Part shown: one piece after another, positions 52,851 to 64,000 of the stretch
Layout of the letters: each line of letters opens with the position of its first letter
How positions within the stretch are numbered: the stretch's first letter is position 1
Source: the human T2T-CHM13v2.0 reference genome, Homo sapiens
Strand: one strand, 5' to 3'
DNA: 64,000 nucleotides
NCBI RefSeq assembly: GCF_009914755.1
Contig: NC_060932.1
The notes under the pieces: generated by a model
Told to the model about the DNA's origin: nothing
Seen by the model: the letters and a program-made list of their open reading frames with translations, nothing else
The model's database searches: none
Program-made: the position numbers and the translations under genes

Positions 52851-53329
52851 TAGATATATCAAATATACCTACGCCTATATATATAATATAGGCAGATTAT
52901 AATAAAGTTTTCCAAAAATTTTATTAAAATGTTAATCAGTGCACTGAAACATTAATGAGCTAATAATAACCACAAACACCTGATTTAAAAGACTAATTAT
53001 TTGGAGGATCTAGAGAAGTTTCAGCTTACTTCATGGCAGATGGAATTTTAGTGGTGTACCTGACCAGCAGAACTACAAAAGGAATAAACCTGTGATCCTG
53101 GAATTAGAATCCTAGGACCTGTCCACTCTGTCCACTTTTTCACTCCAATGCAAACTCTGCAGCATCCAGAAAAATAAGAAGCTGCTAGTTTTAACATGAG
53201 AATTTTATTGTTTCAGAAAAGTTATAAGGCTTCCACTTCTCTCTCCTTGCATTACATATTCTATACCTACATAGATAGCCAAGGATTGCCATTCATTATA
53301 ATCATACATTGATAGTGCAGCAGGCAGTA

Positions 53330-53775
53330 TTTGTTCCAATCCATGTTTCCTTGTCCTATCTTTGAATGAGCTCACCTGCAGTTCTAGTGGATAGTTATCA
53401 GCTAGGTGACCGTGTCTCTGTCTCTCAACTTTGCTTCAATGTTTGCTTTGGCCATACAGGCTTGGTCTGACCTGCAAGTCCAACTCAAAACTGTAAGAGA
53501 GCTAAAGCTGCCGGTGTCAATGTTTACCACCAGGAGGATGGGAGTCAATGGATAAATGACCTCAGACTCCCCAGGCTTGGCTAGAAAAGCTTGATTGTTT
53601 CTCAGAGAGTCCCTTGTGGTTTTGAGTTCCAGTTGTTTAGAATGGTAAGCCACTCACCAATATACTCTATTGTATTTTCTCTTCTCCTACTTCACTTTCC
53701 CACTCCCTATCTGGAATCATCTCTCAAATAACCTACCTGCTTCCAAGTTGTTGTATCATGGTCTCATCTAAGACA
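53330..53775 (+). mobile_element. LTR33-like ERVL LTR remnant
   Basis: 3' text ctggaatcatctctcaaataacctacctgcttccaag...ctaagaca. Confidence 0.5.
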
Positions 53776-55509
53776 GACATACAGATTGTGATGAGAGAGA
53801 GAGAGAAATGGAGAGATGAGAATTGTCTGTAAAATGGGGAGAAGTGCCAAGTTCCTATAATATCGTTCTAGATAACATGCAATAGGTAGTGTTTAAGATG
53901 AGGTAAACACTATTTGCAAGCTTTCTGAGAAATGCAATTTTTATGTCCTTGGGCTCAGAATGCCATTTATAAGGACAAAATGTTACTCGCACTAGAATTT
54001 GGTATACTGAATTGCATAAGGAAAGATCTGAGTATTAGCAGATTAGAGACCCAGAACAGGACCTGTCCCAGAGTAATTATATGATTTATGAAATATGAAC
54101 ACTTAAATAAAAGAATGAGAAGTAAAATGAGATGAATTTTTTTTTTACTTAAAACAAATGCACTTTTTGATGCTGAGTTTCTTGGATGGGTGGTGCATAA
54201 TATCCCCATTAGGATTGATGAATGTAGCTGTTTCCATTGATGACAATTATGCGTCTATACATATACTTACTTCTCAGAGAAAAAAGTCTACTCATAGTAA
54301 TACATTTTTTAAAAATACATTAAAAGTCAGAAAATGGCAAGAGGCAGATGTTCCGAACTCTTGGGACCAAGACTAGCAGGGATAAGAAATTCCTGGATCA
54401 ACACTGCAATAAATGAAATTCTACATGATGCCACACTCTAGGGAGACATTAACGACCTCTCGCATCTGTTGGATATCAAAGCTATTGATCAGTAGAGACT
54501 TGCCTAGAGGGATTTCAACTATGAAAAATACTCTGCAATGAACAAGTGTTTGTAGAAGAGACTCTTAATGGGATTGGAATACAGTATAAATTTCCCATGC
54601 ATATAGGACCTAGTGATGGCAAAATAATTTATTGATGTTCATTACTATAAACATGTGCACCTTCCCCAAGCTTTGCTAGAATTCTTATACATATCTAATC
54701 CAGCTACTTATGGAATTCTAGGATTTGCAAGCATGTAGAAATAGCTAAAATGAGGATAGATGGATGTATAATAATAATCTTAAGAAAATTATAACTTTGG
54801 AAACCTCTAATAGTAAATTGAAACAAAATAAAAATAAGCCTCATTGTCGTTGACATATGGACATTCTTTTTTTTTTTTTTGTCTCAAGAAGGGACGATTT
54901 GGATTTCCTTTAAGATTTATACTGCTATTGTTTGATACATTTAATAGATGTCTTTCTATTAGTATAAATATATATTTCTTTCTACTTGACCAAGTAGAAA
55001 GGAATAGACTCAGGAAAATATAAGAAAATAATCGTTCCTTGAAAAGTAGAAACTGAACCAAAAATAAAGACAGATTGACACCAGTGATCATACACAGCAT
55101 GCTGGTAAAAAGATCAGCTGATACTGTGCACCAAAATAATGATTTTAAATGATGGATGAGCCAAAAATCCCATGAGGTGAGATAATTGCTCAGATAGTGT
55201 CTTTTATCTTCGAGGACATGAAATCTCTAGATTGTTGTATTAATGAAAGGCATTATAACCAGACACAATTATGTCAGTAATAAATTGAAAGAGAAAATTT
55301 TAAGAGCTAAACATAATGGGCTTAGAGGCAGAGAGGGGAAGAAGAAAGAGAAGTATTTTCCCTTATATATTATATCTCAGTACACCATTAAATCTTTGCA
55401 AATCTTGGCTTTTTGAGGACTTCTTTACGAAAAAAACACAAGACTCTTCATTAAATAAAAACACTATTTCCTTACTTCTGTTTATTGATAATTAATAGGT
55501 CTGGTTTTA

Positions 55510-56429
55510 TTTTTTTTTTATTATACTTTAAGTTTTAGGGTACATGTGCACAACGTGCAGGTTTGTTACATACGTATACATGTGCCATGTTGGTGTGCTG
55601 CACCCATTAACTCGTCATTTACATTAGGTATATCTCCTCATGCTATCCCTCCCCCCTCCCCCCACCCCACAACAAGCCCCAGTGTGTGATGTTCCCCTTC
55701 CTGTGTCCATGAGTTCTCATTGTTCAATTCCCACCTATGAGTGAGAACATGCGGTGTTTGATTTTTTGTCCTTGGGATAGTTTGCTGAGAATGATGGTTT
55801 CCAGCTTCATCTGTCCCTACAAAGGACAAGAACTCATCCTTTTTATGACTGCATAGTATTCCATGGTGTATATGTGCCACATTTTCTTAATCCAGTCTAT
55901 CATTGATGGACATTTGGGTTGGTTCCAAGTCTTTGCTATTGTGAATAGTGCCGCAATAAACATATGTGTGCATGTGTCTTTATAGCAGCATGTTTTATAA
56001 TCCTTTGGGTATATACCCAGTAATGGGATGGCTGGGTCAAATGGTATTTCTAGTTCTAGATCCTTGAGGAATCACCACACTGACTTCCACAATGGTTGAA
56101 CTAGTTTACAGTCCCACCAACAGTGTAAAAGTGTTCCTATTTCTCCACATCCTCTCCAGCACCTGTTGTTTCCTGACTTTTCAATGATTGCCATTCTAAC
56201 TGGTGTGAGATGGTATCTCATTGTGGTTTTGATTTGCATTTCTCTGATGGCCAGTGATGATGAGCATTTTTTCATGTGTCTTTTGGCTGCATAAATGTCT
56301 TCTTTTGAGAAGTGTCTGTTCATATCCTTCGCCCACTTTTTGATGGGGTTGTTTTTTTCTTGTAAATTTGTTTGTGTTCATTGTAGATTCTGGATATTAG
56401 CCCTTTGTCAGATGAGTAGATTGCAAAAC
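55510..56429 (-). mobile_element. 5'-truncated L1PA (L1PA4/5-like): ORF2 C-terminus and 3'UTR
   Basis: ORF 56072-56323 ([45 protein letters not shown]...[26 protein letters not shown]) is the L1 ORF2p C-terminal Cys-rich region. Perfect 12-bp TSD GGTCTGGTTTTA at 55498-55509 and 56430-56441. Confidence 0.97.
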
Positions 56430-56679
56430 GGTCTGGTTTTACATGAACAATTTTTACAGTGGGTTGTTTAGCTTAGAGAAAATAAAATTCAGGCAGCTAA
56501 TTAGAACTATTTACATATTTAAAAGGACTGAACTTTAAAAAATAATTTGATACATTCTTTCTGGCTCCAGGCAGTAGATCATGCAAAGGTTGAGAATTCA
56601 CTGAAAGATATAAAAATAAGATTAAAAAAAATTAACTCTCCCTGTCTATTTTTGATGTAAGGTAATACTAACCTGATAA

Positions 56680-57410
56680 TATAAATTGGGGAATGCTTCT
56701 TTTATTTGTTTTCTGAAAGAATGTTTTTGTCATTGAATGTTAAATATAATTCACTTGTAAAATTGTCTGCTGTGCTAAGATTCTGGTTGCATATTTTATT
56801 TAAGTGAGTAATTGAATAATTTACCTAATGGCACCAATTACTTTAATTACCAAAGCATGATTTACACTTTTTTCCCTTTTTTTTTTTAGAATTTTGGTAC
56901 ACTACTTGATTAACTGTATGTCTAATTGTCTAGTTCATTTAAATTTTCAAATTTGTTGGCAGAAAGTTGTTTATTATATTTCTGTATCTTTCTAAATTTC
57001 TGTTTATCTGCATCAATACTAGATTTTATATTTCTCATTATGGTTATTGTGGTCTATTCATTTTTCCTTGATGTACCTTAACAGAGATTTTTCTATTCTT
57101 TTAATCATTTTGAAAACGTATATTTTGACTTTGTTGTTTTCTCTTTTACATCTTGGGTTTACATGTCATTAATTTAGTTTATTTGCTTCATTATTTTTCC
57201 TATTGTGTGCTTCAGTTTCAATTATTCCTTTCTTAATTAATATTTAAGTATTTTCTCATTTTCATTATAAGCATTTAGAGCCATAAATTTGCCTCAACTC
57301 TTCAAGTAAGCTGCATCTCACATGTTCTAATATGCAGCATTTTTTCCTACTTAATTATTTAAAAATTTATAAACGGTTATGAATTCACAAATAAGTTATT
57401 TGTGAAACAT
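56680..57410 (-). mobile_element. Very old L1M fragment
   Basis: T-rich antisense L1-like text (ttttcaaatttgttggcagaaagttgtt, agccataaatttgcctc). Confidence 0.55.
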
Positions 57411-57414
57411 ATAA

Positions 57415-58216
57415 ATTATTTTAACAGCTTTTATAGGTATTTTGACAATAAATTGCAAACATTTAAAGTATACAATATAAGTTTTGACATATGTATACAG
57501 TCAGAAACCAGTCACCACAAGACAGTGAACATATCCGTCACACCAGAAACCTCCTTGCCTCCCTCTATGTGTCCTTCATTGCCAACCCCAACTCCAGGCA
57601 ACCGGTGATCTTTCCATCACTATAGATTTGTTAGCATTGTATAGACATTTTTTAAATGGAATCATGCAAGTAGCTACCCTTTGTTTGTCTGGTTACTTTT
57701 ATTCAGAACAATTACTTTGAGATTTGACCTTAGATTGATAAGTAATATCTTATTGTTTGGGCATAACATGATTTGTTTATCCATTCATCTGTTGCCTAAC
57801 ATCTTTTTTTCCAGAATGTTTGCAATATTTTAAATTTCCACCTGCTCTGAATGAAAGTTCCTAAGGTGCGATGTACTTGTCAATACTTGATATGTTCAGT
57901 TGTTTTAATTTTACACATTCTAATCAGTGTGCAATGGTATTTGACTACAGATTTAATTTACATTTTCCTAATGACTAATGACGTTAAGCATATTTTAATG
58001 TGCTTATTTGTCTTCTAGATTTTTCACCAAGTGTCTATGTACATTTTTGCATATGTTTTCATCAGATTATTTTCTTATTATTGAACTTCAGTGTTCTTTT
58101 TAAGTCCTGGATCCCATCTATCATCAGATATACCCTTTGCAAATATTTTCTACCTGTCTGTGGCTTTTCTTTTCATTTTAATGATAGTTTCAAGAGCAGA
58201 AATTATTAACTTTCAA
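57415..58216 (-). mobile_element. L1M (L1MB-like) 3' part; left flank and host of the NOLC1 retrocopy
   Basis: Antisense L1 3'UTR ending ...ctttgcaaatattttctacctgtctgtggcttttcttttcattttaatgatagtttcaagagcagaaattattaacttt. Confidence 0.8.
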
Positions 58217-58218
58217 AA

Positions 58219-61200
58219 GGTAGTAGTGACACATATTGCTCGGAGGATGGTGGATGCTGGCTTGCGCCGTGTGGTTCCCAGCCACCTGTGTCCCCTCGTG
58301 TTTGGTTTCCTGTGTGACAACCAACTCTTGGAGATGGCCAAGAAGTTCGCCAAAGTGATAGGAACTACACAGCAGGATGCCAATGCCTTTTCCCTCTTGG
58401 ACATCTACAGCTTCTGGCTCAAGTCCGTCAAAGCCCCAAAGCGAAAGTTACAGGCAAATGGACCAGTGACTAAGAAAGCTAAGAAGAAGACCTCATCCTG
58501 TGACAGCAGTGAGGACAGCAGTGAGAGGACGGGGACGCTCAAGGGCCCCCAGCTAAGAAGGCTGCTGTACCTGCCATGGGAGCCAGTCTGCCTCAACATC
58601 CTGGAAAGGCTGTGGCGAAAGCGTCAGAGCAGCAGCTGTGAATAATCTAGTGACAGTGAGGAGGAGGAGACACAAGGAAAAAGCCTGTCCAGATGGAGTC
58701 AAGCCCCAAGCCAAGGCAGCCAAAGCTCCTCCTAAGAAGGTCAAGAAGTCTGATTCTGATTCTGACTCAAGCTCTGAGGACGAGGCACACCACAGAACCA
58801 GAAGGCAAAGACTACATCTGTGGCAGCTAAACTTGGGCCAAAGCCATACCGGGTACTCCAGCTCCAGCAGCACCTAAAGTAGCCAATAGCAAAGCAGCCA
58901 GCAGCAGCAGCAGCAGCAGCAGGGGTGACTCAGAGAAGGGGAGGGCAGCAGCCATCCCCAAGAAGACTATACCCAAAAAGCAAGTCATGGCCAAGCTCCC
59001 AGTGAAAGCAGCTGCCAATCCTACCTAGTAGAGTTCCAGGAGTGAGGAATTCTCCAATGAGGAAGAAGGGGAGCAGAACCGTTCTAAAAAATACAAGCAA
59101 ACAAACAAAAAACAAAACAAACAAACAAAAAAACAGATCCCTACAGTTCAGTCCCCCGACCTCCTGCTCCTCAATCAAAGAAGTCTGTGGGAACCCAGAC
59201 TCCCAAGAAAACTGCGGAGAAGAAACAGCCTGTGGAAAGCAGTGAAGACAGCACTGATGAATCTAACTCAAGTTCTGGGGAAGAGGAGAGACCCTGTCTA
59301 CGGGAGTCATCTCTAAAGCAACAACCAAACAACCTCCACCAAAAAGAAAGCAGCAGAGATCTCTGCAGACACTTCTGACCCTGACAGCTCTGAGGATAAT
59401 GGAGCTCCTTCCAAGCCAGCCTCAGAAAGAAGGTAAAGGCCGAGGGCAGCAGCAGTTCTTCCTCTGATGATTCCAGTGAGGATGAGGAAGAGAAGCCCAA
59501 GGGCAAGGGCTCTCCAAGTCCACACCCAAGGCCAATGGCAACTATGCACTGACTGCCCAGAATGGAAAAGCAGCTAAGAACAGTAAGGAGGAGGAAGAGA
59601 GTGAAAAGACAAGAAAAAGGCAGCGGTGGCAGTTTCCACATCAGGTTCAGAAAAGAAGCAGAAGCAGAATGAGGCTTCCAAGGAGGCAGAGACTCCTCAA
59701 GCCAAGAGCATAAAGCTTCAGACCCGTAACAGATTTCCATGAAGGAAGAAAGGAGAAAAAAAGTCATCATCCCCATCCCAAAGGGCCAGGGAGGAGGAGA
59801 GGGAGGTGGATTCAGGAGTGGCAGACAACTTGATGCCAAGGGAGGTGCAGATGGAGACTGAGAGAGCGAGCCAATCAGGTTTTGAAGTTCACCAAGGCAA
59901 ATCCTTCTGGCACAAGAAAACCAAGAAGAAAGCAGGGAGGCTCAACCTCTGTCCAGGTCAATTTGGTTAAGTTTGGCAGAGAGTGACCTGGGGCCAGCTT
60001 TGGTGAAGCAGGAGTGATGATCAAACACCACTCACTTTCTCCAGTGGATCAGAGAGCCCTCAGCTCTATAGGTTGGGGGTCTTGATGAAGACGAAAGTTC
60101 AGAGTAGGTCCTAAGACATTACAATGGAATATCCCCTCTTGTCCTTTTCTATATTCCCAGTTTTGTACAGATTTTCTTTTGAGTGTAAAGTAGCAGGGAC
60201 AAAATAAAGGGAATGTTATTTTTGAAGAAAAGTGATTTCTATTGTTGTCCCCTTCTTTCTTTTCTGTGAAAGTCCTCATACTGAGAAATTTGTATATTTT
60301 ATATTAAATCATTCCCTATTGATTTTTGTTGTGATTTTCAAAGGTAGAGTCCCATGGATAAAAATCTTAGCTATGGGCCAAAATATAGTAAAGGGTCATA
60401 TGTATGACGTGTTACAGTTAGAAGAAAAATTCTGCCTTTGTGAGTGCACATGTCCACACTGCATCCCTCTCTCCCTCAAAACCTTAGTGAGGGATATTAA
60501 AGAATGGTTAATCTATATGCAATGCCTATTAAACATGCACTATGTACTTCATCCTAATTCATTGGATCTGGGGCTGAAGATTGAGGCCAGCGTGGACCTA
60601 ACCCACTTTTTGGAATAAAATTCACTGTTTTATTACAGGCAAAATTCTGATGTAGTGTGAATGCCTTGGGTCAGTCTGAATATATTTTTCTATAATTTAA
60701 TCATTATTACATGATGTTTGCAATACGTGCTTTGCTTTTTAATTTGAAAGCAAACTTTTCTACTGCTGAAAGACATTTTTTGTCGACTTGACTATTGCTA
60801 ATATTGAGTGCGGAGTTGACTGCATTCTCTCATTTTTACATTACAGAGAACAAAATCACATTAATTTGAAAAATACACATCACTTGGTATTTCTGTCTTG
60901 TCTCCAGAGGTGACACAGAATTGGTTTCATTAATTCCTACATGGTTGGGATCAAGAAAGTAAAAGAAAAAAAAACCTTTAAAACCTCAATTCTCTGTAGG
61001 AAGTAGGTTACATTAGGTGAATTTATAGGTAATCCATATATGTTCTAACAGGTTTAGAAAGAACCTTACAGAGCATATTACCTGATAAACTTGAGTGGAG
61101 TGGTTTTGGGAGAATAAACTAACAGGATTATTGTGTCTTGCACTTGGTACATGGGTGCAATTGACGTGCCCCCTTCAGAACCTGAACCGTTAGTAACAGT

Positions 61201-61584
61201 GGCAGTAACAACACAAAGCAGTGAGCAGAGATAGAGCTCTTAGGCCAAGCTGGACTGACCATATGGCTGTAGGAGGTGACTGACAAGCAGCAGTGCTTAG
61301 CCAGAGCAAGACTGGGAGGGAGGAGTCAACAAGCTTTCTGGAGGCTGAGGGGTTCCAGTGGTGGGAAAGTGTGCCCCAAGCTTTTATGGGTGAGTTACGG
61401 GTCTTAAGATTAGTCTCCTCTTGTATGGTTTCTGCGCCCACTAAATAACCTGATGATAACCTGGTTTTCCATGTGACTGCCTCTAGGAAGAAAATGTACT
61501 GTTCATGCTGACATAGGTATTTCAGTCTGCATGGTAGAAGTTCTACATCTTACTACAAAATAATAAACTGGCTGGTTTATAATG
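58219..61584 (+). pseudogene. NOLC1: Processed pseudogene of NOLC1 (nucleolar and coiled-body phosphoprotein 1, Nopp140); the symbol given is that of the parent gene
   Basis: From ATG 58247 it reads MVDAGLRRVVPSHLCPLVFGFLCDNQLLEMAKKFAKVIGTTQQDANAFSLLDIYSFWLKS...KLQANGPVTKKAKKK, the NOLC1 N-terminal LisH region. Alternating Ser/acidic and Lys/Ala/Pro blocks follow in shifting frames, then SRP40-like C-terminal remnants (ERANQVLKFTK, VQVNLVKFGRE-stop at 59984-59986). No introns, multiple frameshifts and stops. The 3'UTR has AATAAA at 61562-61567. Confidence 0.95.
59086..59134 (+). repeat. (AAAC)n microsatellite inside the pseudogene
   Basis: aaaaaatacaagcaaacaaacaaaaaacaaaacaaacaaacaaaaaaca. 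Confidence 0.9.
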
Positions 61585-61789
61585 GATCTTAGGAGTTTTA
61601 TTATTGTGAGTCTAAACGCATTCTACCTCCTACCCAAACCAGAAAGACCTGGGTGGCAGGTAGAGGGCCGGGGGTCCAGACCTGTGAGTTCCCTGCAGAA
61701 GCTTCTTGGAAGCAGCTTACAGGCTTTTGGATACAGCTCGTCTCATCGTGCCTTTTCCAGGCTATCTTCCAGCCTGGGCATAGTCTAAA

Positions 61790-61982
61790 TTGGGGGTTGG
61801 CCAAATGACCTATGGGTCAAATCCAGCTCATGGCCTGTTTTTATATTACCTAGGAGCTAAGAATGGTTTCTACATTTGTAAAGGTCTTTAAAAAGGAGAC
61901 AATATGTGGCAGAGACCTTATCAATGGCCCACGAAGCCTAAAATATTTCGGATGTGGCCCTTTGCAGAAAAAGGGGCTCCTG
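61790..61982 (+). mobile_element. MER58 (MER58C-like) hAT-Charlie element
   Basis: ggggttggccaaatgacctatgggtcaaatccagc...gagctaagaatggtttctacattt...gaagcctaaaatattt...ggccctttgcagaaaaa. Confidence 0.8.
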
Positions 61983-61989
61983 GTGTAAT

Positions 61990-62163
61990 TAGTGATCTGT
62001 AAAACACCAGCTGAGAATTACAATCATCTGGGGAACTTGAAAACACTGATAAGCAGGAGCCCGTTCTGAGATTTGTTGGTGCTCTCTGGTGGGTGCTGGG
62101 TGCTAAGATTTTTTAAAGTTCCCAGGTGATCCTAATGAACAGCTGGCGTTGAAAACCACCTAT
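61990..62163. mobile_element. MER5A-like hAT-Charlie element
   Basis: aatcatctggggaacttgaaaacactgat...aagttcccaggtgatcctaatgaacagc...gttgaaaaccac. Confidence 0.7.
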
Positions 62164-62169
62164 CTAAGA

Positions 62170-62800
62170 TTATTTGAAAAGAAATTATTTGGTATTTCCC
62201 CCATTCATGCTTCCATTTTTCAGATGCGCTTGTTATAAATAATAGTATAAAATGAAACTTCGTCTCAGTGCCATTTCCTAAAACCTGTTTCTCCTTCCAG
62301 ACAGTTCCTAGGTATGCACTATTATATGCATCCTCCCTTCCTTTTTGCTTGCACAAATGGGTTATATGTGCAGTGTTTTGCCACTTTTACAGGTCGTTTT
62401 ACAGCAGAATACAGCAGCTCATTTTAAACGGCTCCACTGCGTGGTACTCCACTGTGTGGAAATAGCATAAGTTATTTAAACTAATACTTTACGGGCAGAT
62501 GTGTAGGCTGTTTGAGTGTTTTGCTGTTACAAATAGTGTTACAGTGGATAGTTTTATATGAGAGACTGTCAGTGTGTATTTTTTGTAGGAAATATTTCTA
62601 AAAGTGATTCCTGGTTCAAAGGATATGTGCATTTAACATTTTGATCACTATTCCCCTCCAAAATTGTTGCACTAATGTATAATTCCAGCAATATTTTATG
62701 AAAGAGCCTCTTTGCTTGTCCTCTTGCCAACACTATTTACCAAATTGATCTTTGCTGCTTGGATACACAAAAATGCTCTCATTTCTATTTGTTTGTTTTT
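62170..62800 (-). mobile_element. L1ME-like remnant
   Basis: ttttgctgttacaaatagtg...ctggttcaaaggatatgtgcattt...cctcttgccaacact. Confidence 0.6.
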
Positions 62801-62832
62801 GTTTTAAATGAACCATAAAAAAATAAAGAAAA

Positions 62833-63030
62833 AGTAATCAACTTTTTTCTTCTGTGAACCATGCAGTTACAGTCATATCTAAGAAATATTTTACTAATAC
62901 AAGGTTATAAGTATTTTCAACAATTTTTCTTCCAGGAGATTTATATTAATAATTTTGGATATTATATTTAGATATATGATTTATTTTTAATTAATTTCTG
63001 AGTATACTTTATAATGAATAGACTCAACTC
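62833..63030 (-). mobile_element. Continuation of the L1M host element broken at ~58216
   Basis: aatcaacttttttcttctgtgaaccatgcagttacagtcatatctaagaaatattttactaatacaaggttataag is the L1 text expected directly after ...agcagaaattattaacttt. Confidence 0.7.
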
Positions 63031-63152
63031 CTTCATTTAAATAGAAACAACAACGTATGTGTGAGGGAGTTCAGCTTCCAGATTCACTGTGGTTAAACTA
63101 CAGGACTGGGAGCTAGAATCAATGAATTCAGGCCTATCTTTACTACTTACCC

Positions 63153-63436
63153 TTTTTATTATTTTAGGACAGGGTCTTGCTCTGTCACCCAGGCTGGAGT
63201 GCAGTGGCGTAATCATAGCTCACTGAACTCTGAAGCTTCAACCTGCTAGGCTCAATCCATCCTCAAAATTCGTCCTCCTGAATAGTTGGGACTACAGGCA
63301 CACACCATCACGGCTGGCTATTTTTTGTACTTTTTTGTAGAGACAGGGTTTCACCGTGTTGCCCAGGCTGGTCCAGCAATTCGCCTGCCTTGGCCTCCCA
63401 AAGTGCCGGGATTACAGATGTCCACCGCACCTGGCC
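63153..63436 (-). mobile_element. AluJ-like element inserted in a MIR
   Basis: gacagggtcttgctctgtcacccaggctggagtgcagtggcgtaatcatagctcactg...cctggcc, with MIR-like text on both sides. Confidence 0.9.
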
Positions 63437-63693
63437 TCTAATACTAAATGTAATAAGTGTGATCATCAGCAAGTCACCTGACACTTCTGAGCCTGTTACC
63501 TTATATCTAATGTAAGTGGGTGTGATTGAATGACTTCAAAGCTCCTTTTAAGTGCTGAGATTTTCTCTTAACAGTAGTTGATATTTTTACTCATTATTGG
63601 TCTCATCCAAAACAGACAGCCATAAGTTTCCCTGATGCTCCCTTTTTACTGTTTTACCTAGGTTAGCTTGGATCATCACTTTAATAGAATTGA

Positions 63694-64000
<307 letters not shown>

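Noticed and set aside
59171-59839. Longest ORF in the window (222 aa, minus strand)
   Set aside because: It is the antisense reading of purine-rich NOLC1 pseudogene sequence, S/L/F-biased with no recognisable domain.
58219-61584. Functional NOLC1 gene or retrogene
   Set aside because: No introns, many frameshifts and stops, CpG decay, no CpG-island promoter, and insertion within an L1.

Overview
AT-rich primate (human or great-ape-like) genomic DNA, intergenic or deep intronic. I found no intact protein-coding gene, RNA gene or CRISPR array. Much of the window is interspersed repeat: old L1M and L2/MIR fragments, two young 5'-truncated L1PA insertions, six Alus, MaLR/ERVL/ERV1 LTRs and hAT/Tigger DNA transposons, several nested and several with readable target-site duplications (TSDs). 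The one gene-derived feature is an intronless, frameshifted processed pseudogene of NOLC1 (Nopp140) on the + strand (ATG 58247, TGA 59984-59986, 3'UTR to about 61584), inserted into an old L1M. The most interesting observation is that this retrocopy has no poly(A) at the canonical poly(A) site. It runs on about 1.2 kb through a GC-richer segment carrying MER58/MER5/L1M remnants to an A-rich tract at about 62816-62832, after which the interrupted host L1M resumes. This suggests retrotransposition of a 3'-extended (read-through) NOLC1 transcript. The copy also appears to have a large internal deletion between two APSKPA repeats and a new (AAAC)n microsatellite. I see no evidence of a new multi-gene system. 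Repeat subfamily names and parent-protein comparisons are from memory, and most repeat boundaries are approximate.
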